The notes beneath the pieces are model-generated. The model was not told the origin of the DNA and made no database searches. It was given only the letters and a program-made list of their open reading frames with translations. The translations under genes were made by a program, and so were the position numbers. DNA of 64,000 nt from Squalus acanthias (Eukaryota). The stretch is taken from NCBI GenBank assembly GCA_030390025.1, contig CM059438.1, positions 52,950,001-53,014,000 of the forward strand, read 5' to 3'. Shown one piece after another: positions 1 to 13,559 of the stretch; positions within the stretch are counted from its first letter, which is position 1, and the number at the start of each line of letters is the position of its first letter.

Positions 1-337
1 TTGACGGAGGCTGTGAGCTGTGTGGTCACAGACCAACTGCACATTTAAGGAGTGGTAGCCCTTGCGGTTTCGGAATACCTCTGCATTTTCATGCGGTGCC
101 CGCAATGCCACATGCGTGCAGTCAATGGCGCCCTGCATCATGGGGAAGCCCGCTATCCTAGCAAAGCCACACGCGCGTTCATGCTGTTTGGCCCGGGTCA
201 TGTGGAAAGAGATGTACTGGCGTCTCCTTTTATACAGGGCATTTGTCACCTCCCGGATACAACAATGGACAGCGAACTGGGAGATATTGGCGATGTCTCC
301 AGTAGAAGTTGAAAGGAGTCACTGGCATAAAAATTCA

Positions 338-424
338 CTGCTAACTTACCTGACGAAGGAGCGAACTGCTTCGAAAGCTTGTAAAATTAAATAAATCTGT
401 TGGACCTGGTGTTGTGCGACTTCT
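338..424 (+). mobile_element. Penelope-like terminal fragment with minimal hammerhead-like ribozyme
   Basis: TTAC-CTGACGA-(GGAGC/GCTTC stem)-GAAA-GCTT-GTAA at 346-384; flanked by 12-bp direct repeat CATAAAAATTCA (326-337, 425-436). Confidence 0.7.
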
Positions 425-964
425 CATAAAAATTCAGAGCCACTGTTACCTTCACTGCCACCGACAGAGACGTCGTGGTTCTGAGTTGAGGCTGCAGATT
501 TGGTTGCAGCAGGTGGCAGAGCTCAGTGACCACCTCCTTGCTGAAGCGCAGCCTGCGCAAACACTGCTCCTCAGACAAATGAAGGTATGAGAACTGCTCC
601 CTGAATACCCTCGGAGGGTAAGGTCTCCTGTGCAGAGGCCTGTTGGCCCTCCTCCCTCTGGCCATGTTTGCCACTCTCTCTCTGCATCTCTGCTGCCTCC
701 AATTCTGCAGGTGCAGGACGATGCCCCGATTCAGTGCAGGCCCCATAGTCTTTTCTAAATTGCTGGAATGAAGGTCAAATCAAAATGAACCTGCAAAGTG
801 CAGCTCAGCACCCAAAACTCCTTCACACAGTGTTGAATCTCTCCAGAAGTCTCTCTCCCTCTCAGAATGCGTAGCGCAAAAATTTCGCAGACAAGAAAAG
901 GCAGGAAGCGGCCGCCTTTAAATAGCGCTCCCCCAGCCCCTTCCCGACTGCAAAACGTTCCCCG

Positions 965-1999
965 TGAAAGGATTCGCAAAATTTCATGTGTTCCCCCCCC
1001 CCCGAAGATTTTTTGTTGGACTTATTAATAAGGAACCCTGGTCAGACTGAGTTTTAAAATCCAGGGCATAAAATGGCCGCGGTCGGACCTCGTGACCGAG
1101 AGCCTGGCAGTTTCATTTCAGACGCCGCTGGGAAGCTATCAGCTTGTGTATTCAGATGTCTGCAACAGGAAGTTACAGGACCTTTCCTTATGCATTACAA
1201 TCAGGTCTATGCATAAGGCTTTCAAGGTGTTTGCTCAAATAATCAGCGGGGACATTGAGACGGGGCTGGGCCCATCAACGGAACTGTTCTGGACAATCAT
1301 CCAACCTGTCGAACAATAGGGTGGCAGTTGAAGAACTGGTATCATACAATTACCTGCCATCTAACATGATGGGCCGAGACCAGTACCTTTTGTTAAAATT
1401 CATCATGCCCAGATCAGACAATAGAAATGAGCTGATCGGTAGGAAGATTAGGGCGTCCGGGAGGGGTATAACTGGGAAGACCCAGCCATTTCTCGCTCTC
1501 TCTGCCTGGACCCTCGGTTCGCTCTGTCTGCTGGCCAGCAGCCCAGAAAGAAGACTGCCAGAAACTTCGGAGCCACGTGTCGACGGCAGAAACAGAGCAC
1601 AGGGCCAGGTTTTTCCATCCATTTCACCGGTGAGCATTATCTTTCTTCTGGCTGTCGCAAGACAATTCTAGTTAGGCATAAGGGTGGGAGGTAATGGGGA
1701 TATTGCAAAAATTGTAATTTTAGGATTTTCCCTCGATGTGTCCGTTCTCTTCCCATGCTAAGTGTAAAACCGTCTTCATATGATACTGTTTCTCTGTAGT
1801 TTTACTTCTGTAAATAAACATTGGTTTTCCTCGCACCAATCCACGGGTCTGTTCGTTTGTCCTTATCGCCGCTCAATAAGTCCTGGGCTCAGAACTAATA
1901 ATAAGGGGTAGCGATTCGCAACCGCTGCAGCGGGCAGAGAAGTCCAGGAAAACATAACTGGCTGACCTACAAATAAGCCCGAGACAAAAACCTCTTACA
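965..1999 (+). mobile_element. Solo LTR (1035 bp) related to the ERV LTR at 38758
   Basis: TG...CA ends, 4-bp TSD CCCG (961-964, 2000-2003), AATAAA near 1813; removing it restores the Harbinger sequence seen uninterrupted near 19330-19370; shares motifs with the 38758 LTR (ATTCGCAA, TTATTAATAAGGA, AAATGGCCGC, ACCTCGTGAC, CTTACA end). Confidence 0.88.
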
Positions 2000-2544
2000 C
2001 CCGCTACCTGTCGATGCTAGCGGCAGGCGGAAAGGCAGGGGGCGTGACTTAATATTCGGTCCGGGGTGCTACCGAGGCGTTGCACACTCGACTGACATCA
2101 CAATCTGTGGGCGCAGGAGATCGTGGCGGTAGTGTTTAGCGCCGCCGCAAAATGTCTGGTCAATTTTGCGAGCGGCGCTAACATCGCTGCGCTCGGGCAC
2201 TAACTTCCTAGCGCCCTGTTAGCGCCCCCCAGAGGCGCTAACGGGAGGCACTAAGCAACCGAATTTTTCCCCCTTATGCTGGTAAAAGCAGGCCTTTTAC
2301 CAGGCGTAAGATTTCTAAGGGTTTTCAGCAGGCGGAGGTTCTGCAGAAAGCGGAACTCTCCACCCGCAGAGGCCCTTCTCCAGGGCAGGCGTCCGATCTG
2401 TCAAGAGGATTCTTGACAGATCGGAAATGCCGGTTTTCAGTGCATGCGCTTCGCATGCCTGAAACCGGCATTTCCGATGTCCCTACGTGTGTGTACGCAG
2501 CTCGTACACACCCGTAGGCATTGGAAAATATGGGCCACTGTTTC

Positions 2545-5500
2545 CCAAAATGTTATTTCAATATTCATCTCAACTCCTCTGAATTTACCATCCTCCTGTC
2601 CTATTCAAACCTCTCCTTCCATATAACTTCTCCTACCCAGATTCACGGCCAGTCCCTCAATCTTGCCATATCCCATGACCTCTCTTCCATCATCTCAATC
2701 ACTGATAAGGCCATCTCTGACCACTTCCTTATATCCTTCACCGCTCACATCCCCCTTTCAACCTCACTCCCTTCTACATCCACCCCTGAAAAAAGTCTCT
2801 CCCACAAATCAGTTACAACTGCCAAGCCTTTAACCCTCCATTCACCAAAATACTTTTGCAGCTGTCGAATTGCTCAGCCATTCCTTCATTTTTACCATTG
2901 ATGCCCTTGTTTCCAGCAAAAGCTTTACTGTCTGTCCCTTTGGTGTGGCCTTCAACTTCGTTCCCTCAAGTTCAAGTAGTGTAGACTCGAGCGTATCTGG
3001 CATACAATTGGCCTCATTCTGCCAAAACCATGCTCTACCCCGGAATCGTTCTGTAGAGCACAAAGGTAACCTCCAGCTTCTTTTCTCCACTACCAACTGT
3101 CCCCTTAAACCCCTCTTCCCTGCCCCCAACACCCTCAAATCCAAAAACAAGTTCAATGAGCTTATAAAATTCTTTGTCACCAAGATTGATGCCATTTGTT
3201 CAGCTGCATCTGCTGCTATCCCACTTCTCTTGCCCACGAAGCCAAACTTCCCCCAGTCCTCTGCCCTAGCCTTGAACCAACATCTCTCTTTAGCTTCTCT
3301 CCCACTTCCCTCCATACCCTCTCTGATCTCATCTTTTCCATGAACTCTACCTCCTATTCCCTTGACCCAATTCCCACTAACTGCTAACCACCCAGGTCTC
3401 ATCCTGGCCCACATGCTAGCTGACATTGTAATGGGTTCCCACTCTTCAGGTACTGCCTCCTTCCTTTCAAAACTGACATTATCACCCCCTCCATAAAAAC
3501 TTAACTTCAACCCCTCAGTCTTTAGAAATTGCCACCCCATCGCAAACCTCCCTTTGCTCTCCAAAGCCCTTGGGCTTCCCAAATCTCTGCCCACTTTTAC
3601 TGCAAATCCCTATTTGAATCTCTCCAATCAGGTTTTATGCCCCTACCACAACACCAAAATGGCAAAGTCACCAGTGACATCCTCTGCGATTGTGCCAATG
3701 GTGCATTTTTCTACCTAGTCTGCCTCGACATTTCTGCAGCCTTTGACATGGTCAACCACACTATCCTTCTCCAAAACCTCTCTTCCGTTGCCCAGCTCGA
3801 TGGAACTACCTTGCTTGGTTCCACTCTTACCTATCCAATTGTAGCTAGAGCATTTCCAGCAATGGCTTCTCATCCTGTCCCCGCATCACTACCTCTGGAG
3901 TCCTCCAAGGATCTATCCTTGGCCCCCTCCTCTTCCTCATATGTATGCTGGGACCCTCAACCTGGGCCAAATCATCTGCAGACAAGGTATCAGTTTACAC
4001 ATGTACACTGAGAACACCAAGTTCTACCTCTCCACTGCTTCGCTCAACTCCTCCATTGCCTCTATGGTCAGACTGCATAATCAACATGCAGTCTTAAATG
4101 AGCCACTATTTCCTCCAGCTAAACACTAGGAAGATCAAAGCCATCAATTTTGTCTCTGTAACAAACTCTGTATCATTGCCAATGATTCCATCCCTCTTCT
4201 TAGCCATGTTTGAACCCTCCAATCAGGTTTCCATCCCTGCTACAGCACTGAAACGGCCCTTATCAAAGTCACAAATGACATCCTATATGACTGTGACCAA
4301 GGTAAACTATTCCACCTCATCCTTCTCGACCTGTCTACAGCCTTTAAAACAGTTAACCACACAATCCTCCTCCAATTCCTCCGCTCCGTCATCCAGCTGG
4401 GTGGGGACTGCCCTTGCCTGGTTTCATTGTTATCTATCCAGCCGTAGGCAGAGAGTCAGCTGCAATGGTTTCTCTTCCCACTCCTGCACCGTTACCTCTG
4501 GCGACCCCAAGGATCTATCCTTGGCCCCCTCCTATTTCTCATCTACATGCTGACCCTCAGTACCATCATCTGAAAACACAGCGTCAGTTCCACATGCACA
4601 CTGACGACACCCAGCTCTACCTCACCAACACTTCCCTCGACCCCTCCACTGCCTCTGATTTGTCACACTGTTTGTCCGACATCCAGTCCTGAATGAGCAG
4701 AAGCTTCCTCCAACTGAATATTGGGAAAACCAAAGCCAGTTGGTAGGCAGGGTTTCCCGCAGGCCTTACTGATTTTACTGGCAGGGCCTAATTTGAATGC
4801 GAGTCCTCAGATTCCCGCCCACAGCCAGCCAGTTTGCGAGCCGTTGGCCGGAATTTTCCCATCAAAAAACAGGTGGGTTTGGGCCGTGGGGGCAGTTAAA
4901 TTGTTAAAAATGTGAATCCCTACCTGATCCCGCCTCCAACCTGCCCACTTCCATTTTCCTGGAGGCGGGACAGGCAGCGGGCAGCCTCAATTTAAATATT
5001 GTAATGAGGCTGGAAGCCTCTATTTTCCCCTCCATTTTGTTTTTAACTGCCTGTGGACGTGTTTCACACAATTCGTGAAACCCGGCAGTTAAACAGAGGC
5101 GGATCCTACTGAATCCAGTGGGTAAGTGGATTTATACCTACCTCCTGGGTCCAGGGACCCGACCATACCCACCCCCGATGATCGGAGGCCCCACCAAGAG
5201 GCCTCCGATTGCATTCCCAGGCCTCCCCCCCCACCCCCAAAACAGCACCCCCCCCCCCGCCGAAGATCTCCCCCCACAATGATGAGGCCGGTCACAATCC
5301 TCTGCACCCTCTCCGATTCCTGGCCGATCGCACCCCTCCACAATCTCCGATCCCCCCTGCGATCCCCGCTTGCCTGACAACCCCAACCACCCCCCATCAC
5401 CTGCCGATCCCCTGCTGATCCTGCAACCAACCCCGATTCTCTCCTGCCCCCTCCCGATCGCCGACCCCGCCCCCGATCACCTCTTGTGCATCGTTGATTT

Positions 5501-5970
5501 TCATCGCTCAACCATTGGCAGCTGTGCCTTCAAATGCCTGGGCCCTAGGCTCTGGAATTCCCTCCCTAAGCCTCTTCTTCTCTCTACCTCTCTCTCCTCC
5601 TTTAAGACACTCCTTAAAACCTAGCTCTTTAACCAAGCTTTTGGTCACCTGTCCTAATATCTCCTTATGTGGCTCGGTGTCACATTTTGTTTGATAACGT
5701 TGCACCATGGGATGTTTTACTACATTAAAGGCGCTATATAAATGCAAGTTGTTGTTGTTGTCTCAGGTTGAACTAGACTGTTTGCAACCTCGACGTCGTA
5801 TTCAACTCTGAGCTGAGCTTCCAAACCCCTATCCTCTCTGTCTCAAAGACCATCTACTTCTGTAACATCCCCTCCTGTGCACCTACCTCAGCTTATCTGC
5901 TACTGGACTCCTCATTCATGCATTTGGCACCTCCAGACTCAAATATTTCAATGCTCTCCTGGTCAGTTGC
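2545..5970 (+). mobile_element. Decayed, nested L2-type LINE fragments, including a 3' end at ~5500-5760
   Basis: Frameshifted EN/RT motifs (SDHFLI, LQSGF, LDISAAFDMVNH, DDTQLYL) and tail ...ggcgctatataaatgcaagttgttgttgttg; a GC-rich non-LINE insert occupies ~4735-5490. Confidence 0.8.
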
Positions 5971-5974
5971 CCTC

Positions 5975-8790
5975 TGTTAAACATGCACAGCTGAACACGT
6001 GTTCAGCAGCAGGAAGGACCCCCCCCACCAGCGCTATTTAAAGGGATCATCACCTCTTACAGGTTAGTTGCTGATGGATTTCTACTGGCTGTTGGTGTTT
6101 GGTGGTTTGTACAGTTATTTAAAGTTGCTGAAGTCTACAGGGAGTGGTGTGGCAGGTGCTGGAGGACTTTGTCCTGACTTCACTGATTCTGCAGACCACT
6201 TGCTCGCAGACATGAGTGCAGTAGTAGGCATTCCACTTGGTCTACAGCATGACAGGGAGAATAAGCAGAAGTGACACAGAGCGGGATCAGCTGCTGGCAG
6301 TGGAAGGAGGAGGGGGAGAAGGCTCTCAGCTGGAGGTCATATCTGCCCAGGGTGTTCAGGGAGCAATACTACTACCTGAAACTCAGCGAGTAACAGTGTG
6401 TCAGATCTCTGCGCTTCACCAAGGATGTCCACACTAAAATCTGCCACCTGCTACAGCTACAAGTGCAACCTCAGAGCAGGGCGAGGACTGCATTGCCAGT
6501 GGATGTGAAGGTCACGGTGGCCATGAACTTTTATGCGTCGGGCTCCTTGCAGGCTGAAGCAGGAGATATTTGCAACATCTGGAAGAGGAGGAAGAGGAAG
6601 GGAGGAGGCAACCCAGACAGCCCCTTTCTGGCTGGGATGTCCGTGACTGATTCAACCGGCTGCGATACCAGTAAACGCAACCCCAAGTCCACATTCATCA
6701 ACAGTCCCACACCTTGCCTTCCCTCTGATACTGACCATCACAGTGTCTGCTTGGCCACAATGCAAAAATAAAAGCCAAAACAAAATAAACATCCAAACCA
6801 AATTTATAAACCAAACCATGCCATACTGCACACAAATGTCAACTAATCACCCTTGTACATTGCCTTAGTGCCTGACTTCCCTGTGCCATTGCCTGTCCTA
6901 ATGCTCCTAAGAAGTGCTACCCCAGTGGCTGCAGCATGGCTGGTGGAAGGCTGCTGACATTCAATGGGGGAGACTGCAGATGACCTTGCAAGATGACTTC
7001 GAGCAGCTCTGGACGTAGAAGGCCCGGCTTCTGACTGCACCATCTTGGCATGGGCGGCAGCAGTCTGGGCTGGCTGGCTGACAGGCAACAGCAAGGGCGC
7101 TGGCAGAGGTGGAAGGATGAATGTTGTCATCCTGAGAGAGGACAGCAGGTTTGTGCTCCATGGAGCCACTACAACTCCCCTAGGGTGGTGCCTCAGTAAT
7201 CCGAGTAATCTGTTGGAGGACAGATTGCTGGACAGCTTTGACACCCTGCAACCCACTTTGAACACTTGTAACTGCAGCCACGAAGGCAGCAGTCTGAGCT
7301 TGCGTAACAGAAGCCTGAGCTTCCAATGCAGCACGCAGAAATTGGTTTGCTTCTGCTTGTGCTGCAATGGAAGCTGAGAGATCAACGATTAGATGCTGTA
7401 TTATGGTTTGGTCCTCAAGCATGCTAATGGAGTTGGCCGTCACTTGCATACTGAAAAGGATGGGCTCCAAGTTCTGCGCAAAACCCTGTGCCAAGTTTGT
7501 GCTGGACTCCTCCAGCTCCTTGACATTGCACGCAGGCCTGCCAATGCACCAAGCATCTTATTGTGCATACACATCAGCCTTCTTCTGTAACCTGCCCCTT
7601 TGAAGTGCTCATCTGCGACCTCTGCAGCAGAACTCATGTGCGACCTCGTCCTCCAGGGAGCTGGTACCTGTGTTACCCATGCCCCCTGCCCTGGCTGCAG
7701 GCCACTCATGCCCGGTGTCTCACCACATGCAGATCCCGCGTCTATGCTATCCTCTAAAGTACGTGGAGTGTCCGTATCTGAGCTGGTGGCTGGGAGTGTG
7801 AAATCGAGTACCGGTGCTGTGTCTTCATCATCACTGCCTTCTTCCTCTTCCACCTGTTGCTCTGCCACCAGTACCTGGCCAGGTGGCAGTGCTTGGGTAT
7901 CTGAAAGGAGAAAGGCACAAGGGTAGAGTTGCGGTTGGGGTGTGGGGGGGCAGGGGTGGGGTGGAAGCAAGAGGTGCATGCTTCCATCATCTGTAGCTTT
8001 TAAATCAAAAGATATTGTGGGATGAGGGGGGAAGTGGGATGTGAGAAGGAGGATTAGGTATGAGGATACTTCCATCTTCAACGGTTTCAGCCCCTCTGCT
8101 GGCCACGACCTCAGCGATGGTCACTTCAATGATGGTGACCACCTTTCCTCCATCGGGGTAAGGTGATGCAGGCGTGCCTGTCCCCCGCCGGTTAGTTCTT
8201 GCTGTCTCCGGTAATGTGCCAACTTGTCCTGCAAGAGAGAGGGAAGCGTTTCAGCGAGTGTGTTGCAATGTGGGTGATGTGCATGTCATAGTTGAATAGC
8301 TGACAGAGTGTGCAAGCTGTGAGATGTGGGTGTCAGGCTTGCAGCAGTGGTAAGTGTGTGAGGGTGAGGTGAAGCTATGGATGTGAGGTATGAGTTCTGT
8401 TTGATAGAGATTGTTGGTAGTTGAGTGATGGGGGTGTGGTGCATTGAGCAGTGTGTGAGGATATGGCATTTGAAGATGAATTCACTGACCTTAACCAGTC
8501 ATGTGAGGTCATTGAACCTCTTACAGCACTGCATCCAGGTCCTCGGAGCTTGACTTCTGGCATTGACTGCCACGTCTACCTGCTCCCACTGCCTTCGCAG
8601 ATTTTGTCTGGAGAGCCTCCTGGCCCCCTGTGGATAGAGGACCTCTCTCTTCCTTTACACCTCCTCCACCAAGGCCTCCAGCGCAGCATCTGAGAACTTT
8701 GGAGCACACTCTGTCCCCTGTTGTGCCATTAGTCACTCTTCTTGCAGGTCAGACTCTCTTCCCCAGCCACTTCCATTTAAAAAGTGCTTG
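5975..8790. mobile_element. Degenerate Harbinger element H0: internally deleted transposase (+, ~6210-6670) and convergent multi-exon Myb/SANT-like gene (-, ~8727-6843)
   Basis: QPQSRARTALPVDVKVTVAMNFYASGS on +; minus-strand homology to the Myb genes of H2/H4 (..NDLT..VK|gtcagt donor near 8489); TIRs not identified. Confidence 0.72.
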
Positions 8791-11700
8791 GATATGCACT
8801 TCAATTGCTGTAACCTACAAGGCTATGAACCAAGAGCTGGAAAGTGGGATTAGGCTGGATAGCTCTTTTTCGGTGCCATTACACTACTAGGTGTATTCTA
8901 TAGGCCGCCAAATAGTGGGGAGGATACAGAAGAGCAAATTTGCAGGGAAATTACAGAGAGGTGGAAATGCGGGACTTCAACTATCCTAATATGGACTGGG
9001 ATAGTAATAGTGTAAAGGGCAGAGAGGGGGAAGAATTTCTGAAGTGTGTTCAGGAGAACTTTCTTGATCAGTACATTTCTGGCCCAACGAGAAGGAGGCA
9101 TTGCTGGATCTGGTTCTCGGAAATGAGGTGGGTCAAGTAGAGCAAGTGTCAGGAGGGGAACATTTAGGGAACAGTGATCACAGTATCATAAGGTTTAGAT
9201 TAGCTATGGAAAAGGACAGGGAGCAATCTAGAGTAAAAATACTTAACTGTAGGAAGGCCAATTTCAGTGGGTTGAGAATGGATCTGGCCCGGGTAAATTG
9301 GAATCAAAGATTGGCAAGCAAAACTGTAATCGAACAATGGGCTGCCTTTAAAGAGGAGATGGTTTGGGTACAGTCGAAGTAAATTCCCACGAGGGGGAAA
9401 GATAGGGCAACCAAAGCCAGAGCTCCCTGGATGACGAAAGAGATAGAGAGTAAGATGAAGCAGATGTCAGGTTGAGAATACAAGTGAGAACCAGGCTGAA
9501 TATAGAAAGTTCAGAGGGGAAGTGAAAAAGGAAATAAGAGGGGCAAAGATAAAGTATGAGAATAGATTGGCAGCTAACATAAAAGGAAATCCAAAAGTCT
9601 TCTATAGGCATATAAATAGTAAATGGGTAATAAGAGGAGGGGTGGGGCCAATTAGGGACCAAAATGGAGACCTACGCATGGAGACAGAGGGCATGACTGA
9701 GGTACTAAATAAGTACTTTGCATCTGTTTTTACCAAGGAAGAAGATGCTGCCAAAGAGGAGGTAGTTGAGATACTGGATGGGATAAAAATTGATAACGAG
9801 GAGGTACAAGAAAGGTTGGCTGTACTTAAAGTAGATAAGTCACCAGGACCGGATGGGATGCATCCTAGGATGCTGAGGGAAGTAAAGGTGGAAATTGTGG
9901 AGGTACTGGCCACCGGACTGGAGGAAGGTACACAATGGTGTTCCCCAGGGGTCGGTACTAGGACCCCTGCTTTTCTTGATATATATTAATGATTTGGACT
10001 TGGGTGTACGGGGCACAATTTCAAAATTTGCAGATGCACAAAACTTGGAAATATAGTGAACAGTGAGGAGGATAGTGATAGACTTCAAGAGGACATAGAC
10101 AGGCTGGTGGGATGGGTAGGCACGTGACAGATGAAATTTAACGCAGAAATATTTAGCATCTGTGTTCACTATGGAGAAGGACAATGTAGGCATAGAAATC
10201 AGGCAGGGGGATTGTGATATACTTGAACAAATTAGTATTGAGAGGGAGGAAATACTAGCAGTTTTAGCAGGCTTAAAAGTGGATAAATCCCTAGGCCCTG
10301 ACGAGATGTATCCCAGGCTGCTGTGTGAGGCAAGGGAGGAGATTGCAGGGGCTCTGGCACAAATTTTCAGAACCTCTCTGGCCACAGGGGAGGTGCCAGA
10401 GGACTGGAGAACAGCTAACGTAGCACCATTATTCAAGAAGGGTAGTATGGATAAACCAGGGAATTACGGGCCAGTGAGCCTAACATCAGTGGTAGGGAAA
10501 TTATTGGAAAAAATTCTGAGGGACAGAATTAGTCTCCACTTGGAGAGGCAAGGATTAATCAAGGATAGTCAGCATGGCTTTGTCAGGGGGAGATCATGTC
10601 TGACCAATTTGATTGAATTTTGAGAGGGGGTGACTAGGTGTGTGGATGAGAATAGTGCAGTTGATGTAGTCTACATGGACTTCAGTAAGGCTTTTGACAA
10701 AGTCCCACATGGGAGACTGGTCAAGAAGGTAAGAGCCCATGGGATCCAGGGCAATTTGGCACATTGGATCAAAATTGGCTTAGTGGCAGGAGGCAGAGGG
10801 TGATGGTCGAAGGTTGTCTTTGTGACTGGAAGCCTGTGTCCAGTGTGCACCGCAGGGATCGGTGCTGGGTCCTTTGCTGTTTGTAGTGTACATTAATGAT
10901 TTAGATATGAATGTAGGAGGTATGATCAGTAAGTTCGCAGATGACACGAAAATTGGTGTGCATGTACATAGATCCCTGAAGGCAGCAGGGCAGGTAGATA
11001 AGGTGGTTAAGAAGGCATATGGGATACTTGCCTTCATTAGCTGAGGCATAGAATATAAGAGCAGGGAGGTTATGATGGAGCTGTACAAAACGCTAGTTAG
11101 GCCACAGCTGGAATACTGTGTGCAGTTCTGGTCGCCACACTATATGAAGGATGTGATTGCATTGGAGAGGGTGCAGAGGAGATTCACCAGGATGTTACCT
11201 GGGCTGGAGCGTTTCAGCTATGAAGAGAGACTGGACAGGCTGGGGTTGTTTTCCTTAGAGCAGAGAAGGCTGAGGGGGGACCTGATTGAGGTGTACAAAT
11301 TATGAGGGGCATAGATAGGGTAGATAGAAAGGAACTTTTCCCCTCAGTAGAGAGGTCAATAACCAGGGGGCATAGTTTCAAGGTAAGGGGCAGGAGGTTT
11401 AGAGGGGATTTGAGGAAAAACTTTTCACCCAGAGGGTGGTTGGAATCTGGAACTCACTGCCTGAAAGGGTGGTAGAGGCAGGAACCCTCAAAACATTCAA
11501 GAAGCATTTAGATGAGCACTTGAAACGCCATAGCATACAAGGCTACGGACCAGGTGCTGGAAAATGGGATTAGAATAGACAGGGCTTGATGGCCGGCGCG
11601 GACACGATGGGCCGAAGAGCCTTTTTCTGTGCTGTATAACTCTATGGGGTAAAAATTCAGTTGGTTGCGCCTCCCGTTAGCGCCTTAAGAGGGCGCTAAT

Positions 11701-12152
11701 GGGGCGCAAAGCCGCTAACGCCCGGGCGCAGCGATGTTTGCGCCGCTCGGGAACTTAACTAGAGATTGTGCGGCGGCGCTAAACCTTACCGCTGCGACCA
11801 CCTGCGCGCGCAGATTGTGATGTCATTCCATGGTGCAACGCCCTTGTGGCGCCCCGGAGCGGAAATTGAGTGGCGCCCCCTGCCTTACCACCTGGCGCAT
11901 CCAACGACTGGAAGACTGGAACACTATCAATCGCTGTGGGGCTGGGGGGGGCGCTATTTAAAGGGGGCCTCTTCCTGTCTTTTTCTGTGGTGGACATTTT
12001 TGCACCACTCGTTCTGAGAGAGAGAGAGAGATTCGGAGAGAGAGAGAGACTTCTGCATTGACTCAACGCTTTGTGAGGTAGTTTTGCCTACTGATCCTAA
12101 CTTCGCTAGTACTTTAGTTGCTGTCCTTCATTACTTTGCTTGCAAAGAGACT

Positions 12153-13311
12153 ATGGGGGCTGCACTGATTGGGGACGTCGTCCTGCTCCAGCTGAATCGG
12201 AGGACACAGAGACGCAGAGAGAGAGTGGTAATGATGGCCAGACGGAGGAGGGCCAACAGGCGTATGTACAGGAGAGCTTACCCTCCCAGGGTATATCGTG
12301 AACAGCTCTCCTACCTTCATATGTCTGAGGAGCTGTGTTTGCGAAGGCTGCGATTCAGCAAGGAGGTGGTCACTGAGCTCTGCCACCTGCTGCAGCCAGA
12401 TCTGCAGCCTCAACTGAGGTCCAGGACGTCTCTGTCGGTGGCAGTGAAGGTCACAGTGGCTCTCAACTTCTACGCTACTGGCTCATTTCAAGCTGCTGCT
12501 GGGGACCTCGCCAATATCTCCCAGTTCGCGGTGCATTGCTGCATCCGGCAGGTCACAAATGCCCTCTTTAAAAGGAGATGAGAGTTCATCTCTTTCCCCA
12601 TGACCCCAGACAAGCAGCGTGACCGCGCTCTGGGCTTTGCGAGGGTAGCGGGCTTCCCCATGGTGCAGGGCGCCATTGACTGCACGCATGTGGCTTTGCA
12701 TGCTCCGCATGAGAATGCCGAGGAATTCCGGAACAGAAAGGGGTTCCATTCCTTGAATGTTCAGTTGGTCTGTGACCACAGACAGCTGATACTCGCTGTC
12801 AATGCCCACTATCCTGGCAGCTGCCACGATGCTTTTATCCTGCGCCAGACTACTGTGGCAGAACTTTGAGGCACCGCATCAGCCAGTTGGTTGGCTTCTC
12901 GGGGACAAGGGGTATGCATTGAGCACCTGGCTGATGACACCGCTCCGTACGCCCAACACCCCTGCTGAGCTGCGGTACAATGAGAGCCATCAAGCTACCA
13001 GGAACATAATTGAGCGCACAATCGGCGTGCTGAAGCAACGGTTCCGCTGTCTCGACCATTCTGGAGGAGCCCTGCAGTACTCGCCTGAGCGAGTATCCAA
13101 CTTCGTAGTTGTGTGCTGCATGTTGCATAACATGGCAATCCTCAGGACCCAGCCAATGCCACCAGGCCTTGGAGCACCACCAGAGGAGGAGGAGGAAGAG
13201 GAGGAAGAGGACGAGGAGGATGATCATCAGCAGCACCAAGGCGGGAGGGCGGCCCACAATGGTGAAACTGCAAGGGCCGTCCGTCAACGGCTAATAGCAA
13301 GCCGCTTCTAG
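12153..13311 (+). pseudogene. Harbinger DDE transposase of H2 (one stop near 12579, one frameshift near 12867)
   Basis: [61 protein letters not shown] and acidic tail. Confidence 0.93.
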
Positions 13312-13559
13312 GGCCCCTGCTGTGGAAATGGCCCCTGCCATTGCTAACAACATCAATGAACCCAGCACGCAACCCCTAAGCCGGCCAAGGCACCAATAAT
13401 TCCAACCACCAACCATGTATATTTTGAATACAGAAACTTATTTATTTTACAAACTCTGTGTGTGTCAATTCCTCATGACAAACTCATAGAAATAAACACA
13501 AAAAAACAGTCAGTAACATAACTGGTTCTCACAACCTGGAGATAATGTCCAAAACACTG

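Larger units (their letters stand above)
1..2273 (-). mobile_element. PIF/Harbinger transposon H1 (transposase 5' half and terminus; runs off window start), interrupted by a solo LTR and a Penelope fragment
   Basis: Minus-strand MGPALNRG...RRPYPPRVFREQFSYLHLSEEQCLRRLRFSKE...VALNFY (HARBI1-like N-terminus, ATG 746); end CCGAATTTTTCCCCC matches the termini of H2/H3. Confidence 0.88.

Noticed and set aside
12153..13311. Domesticated host HARBI1 gene
   Set aside because: Has TIRs, TSD, a partner Myb gene, a stop and a frameshift, and several related copies in the window
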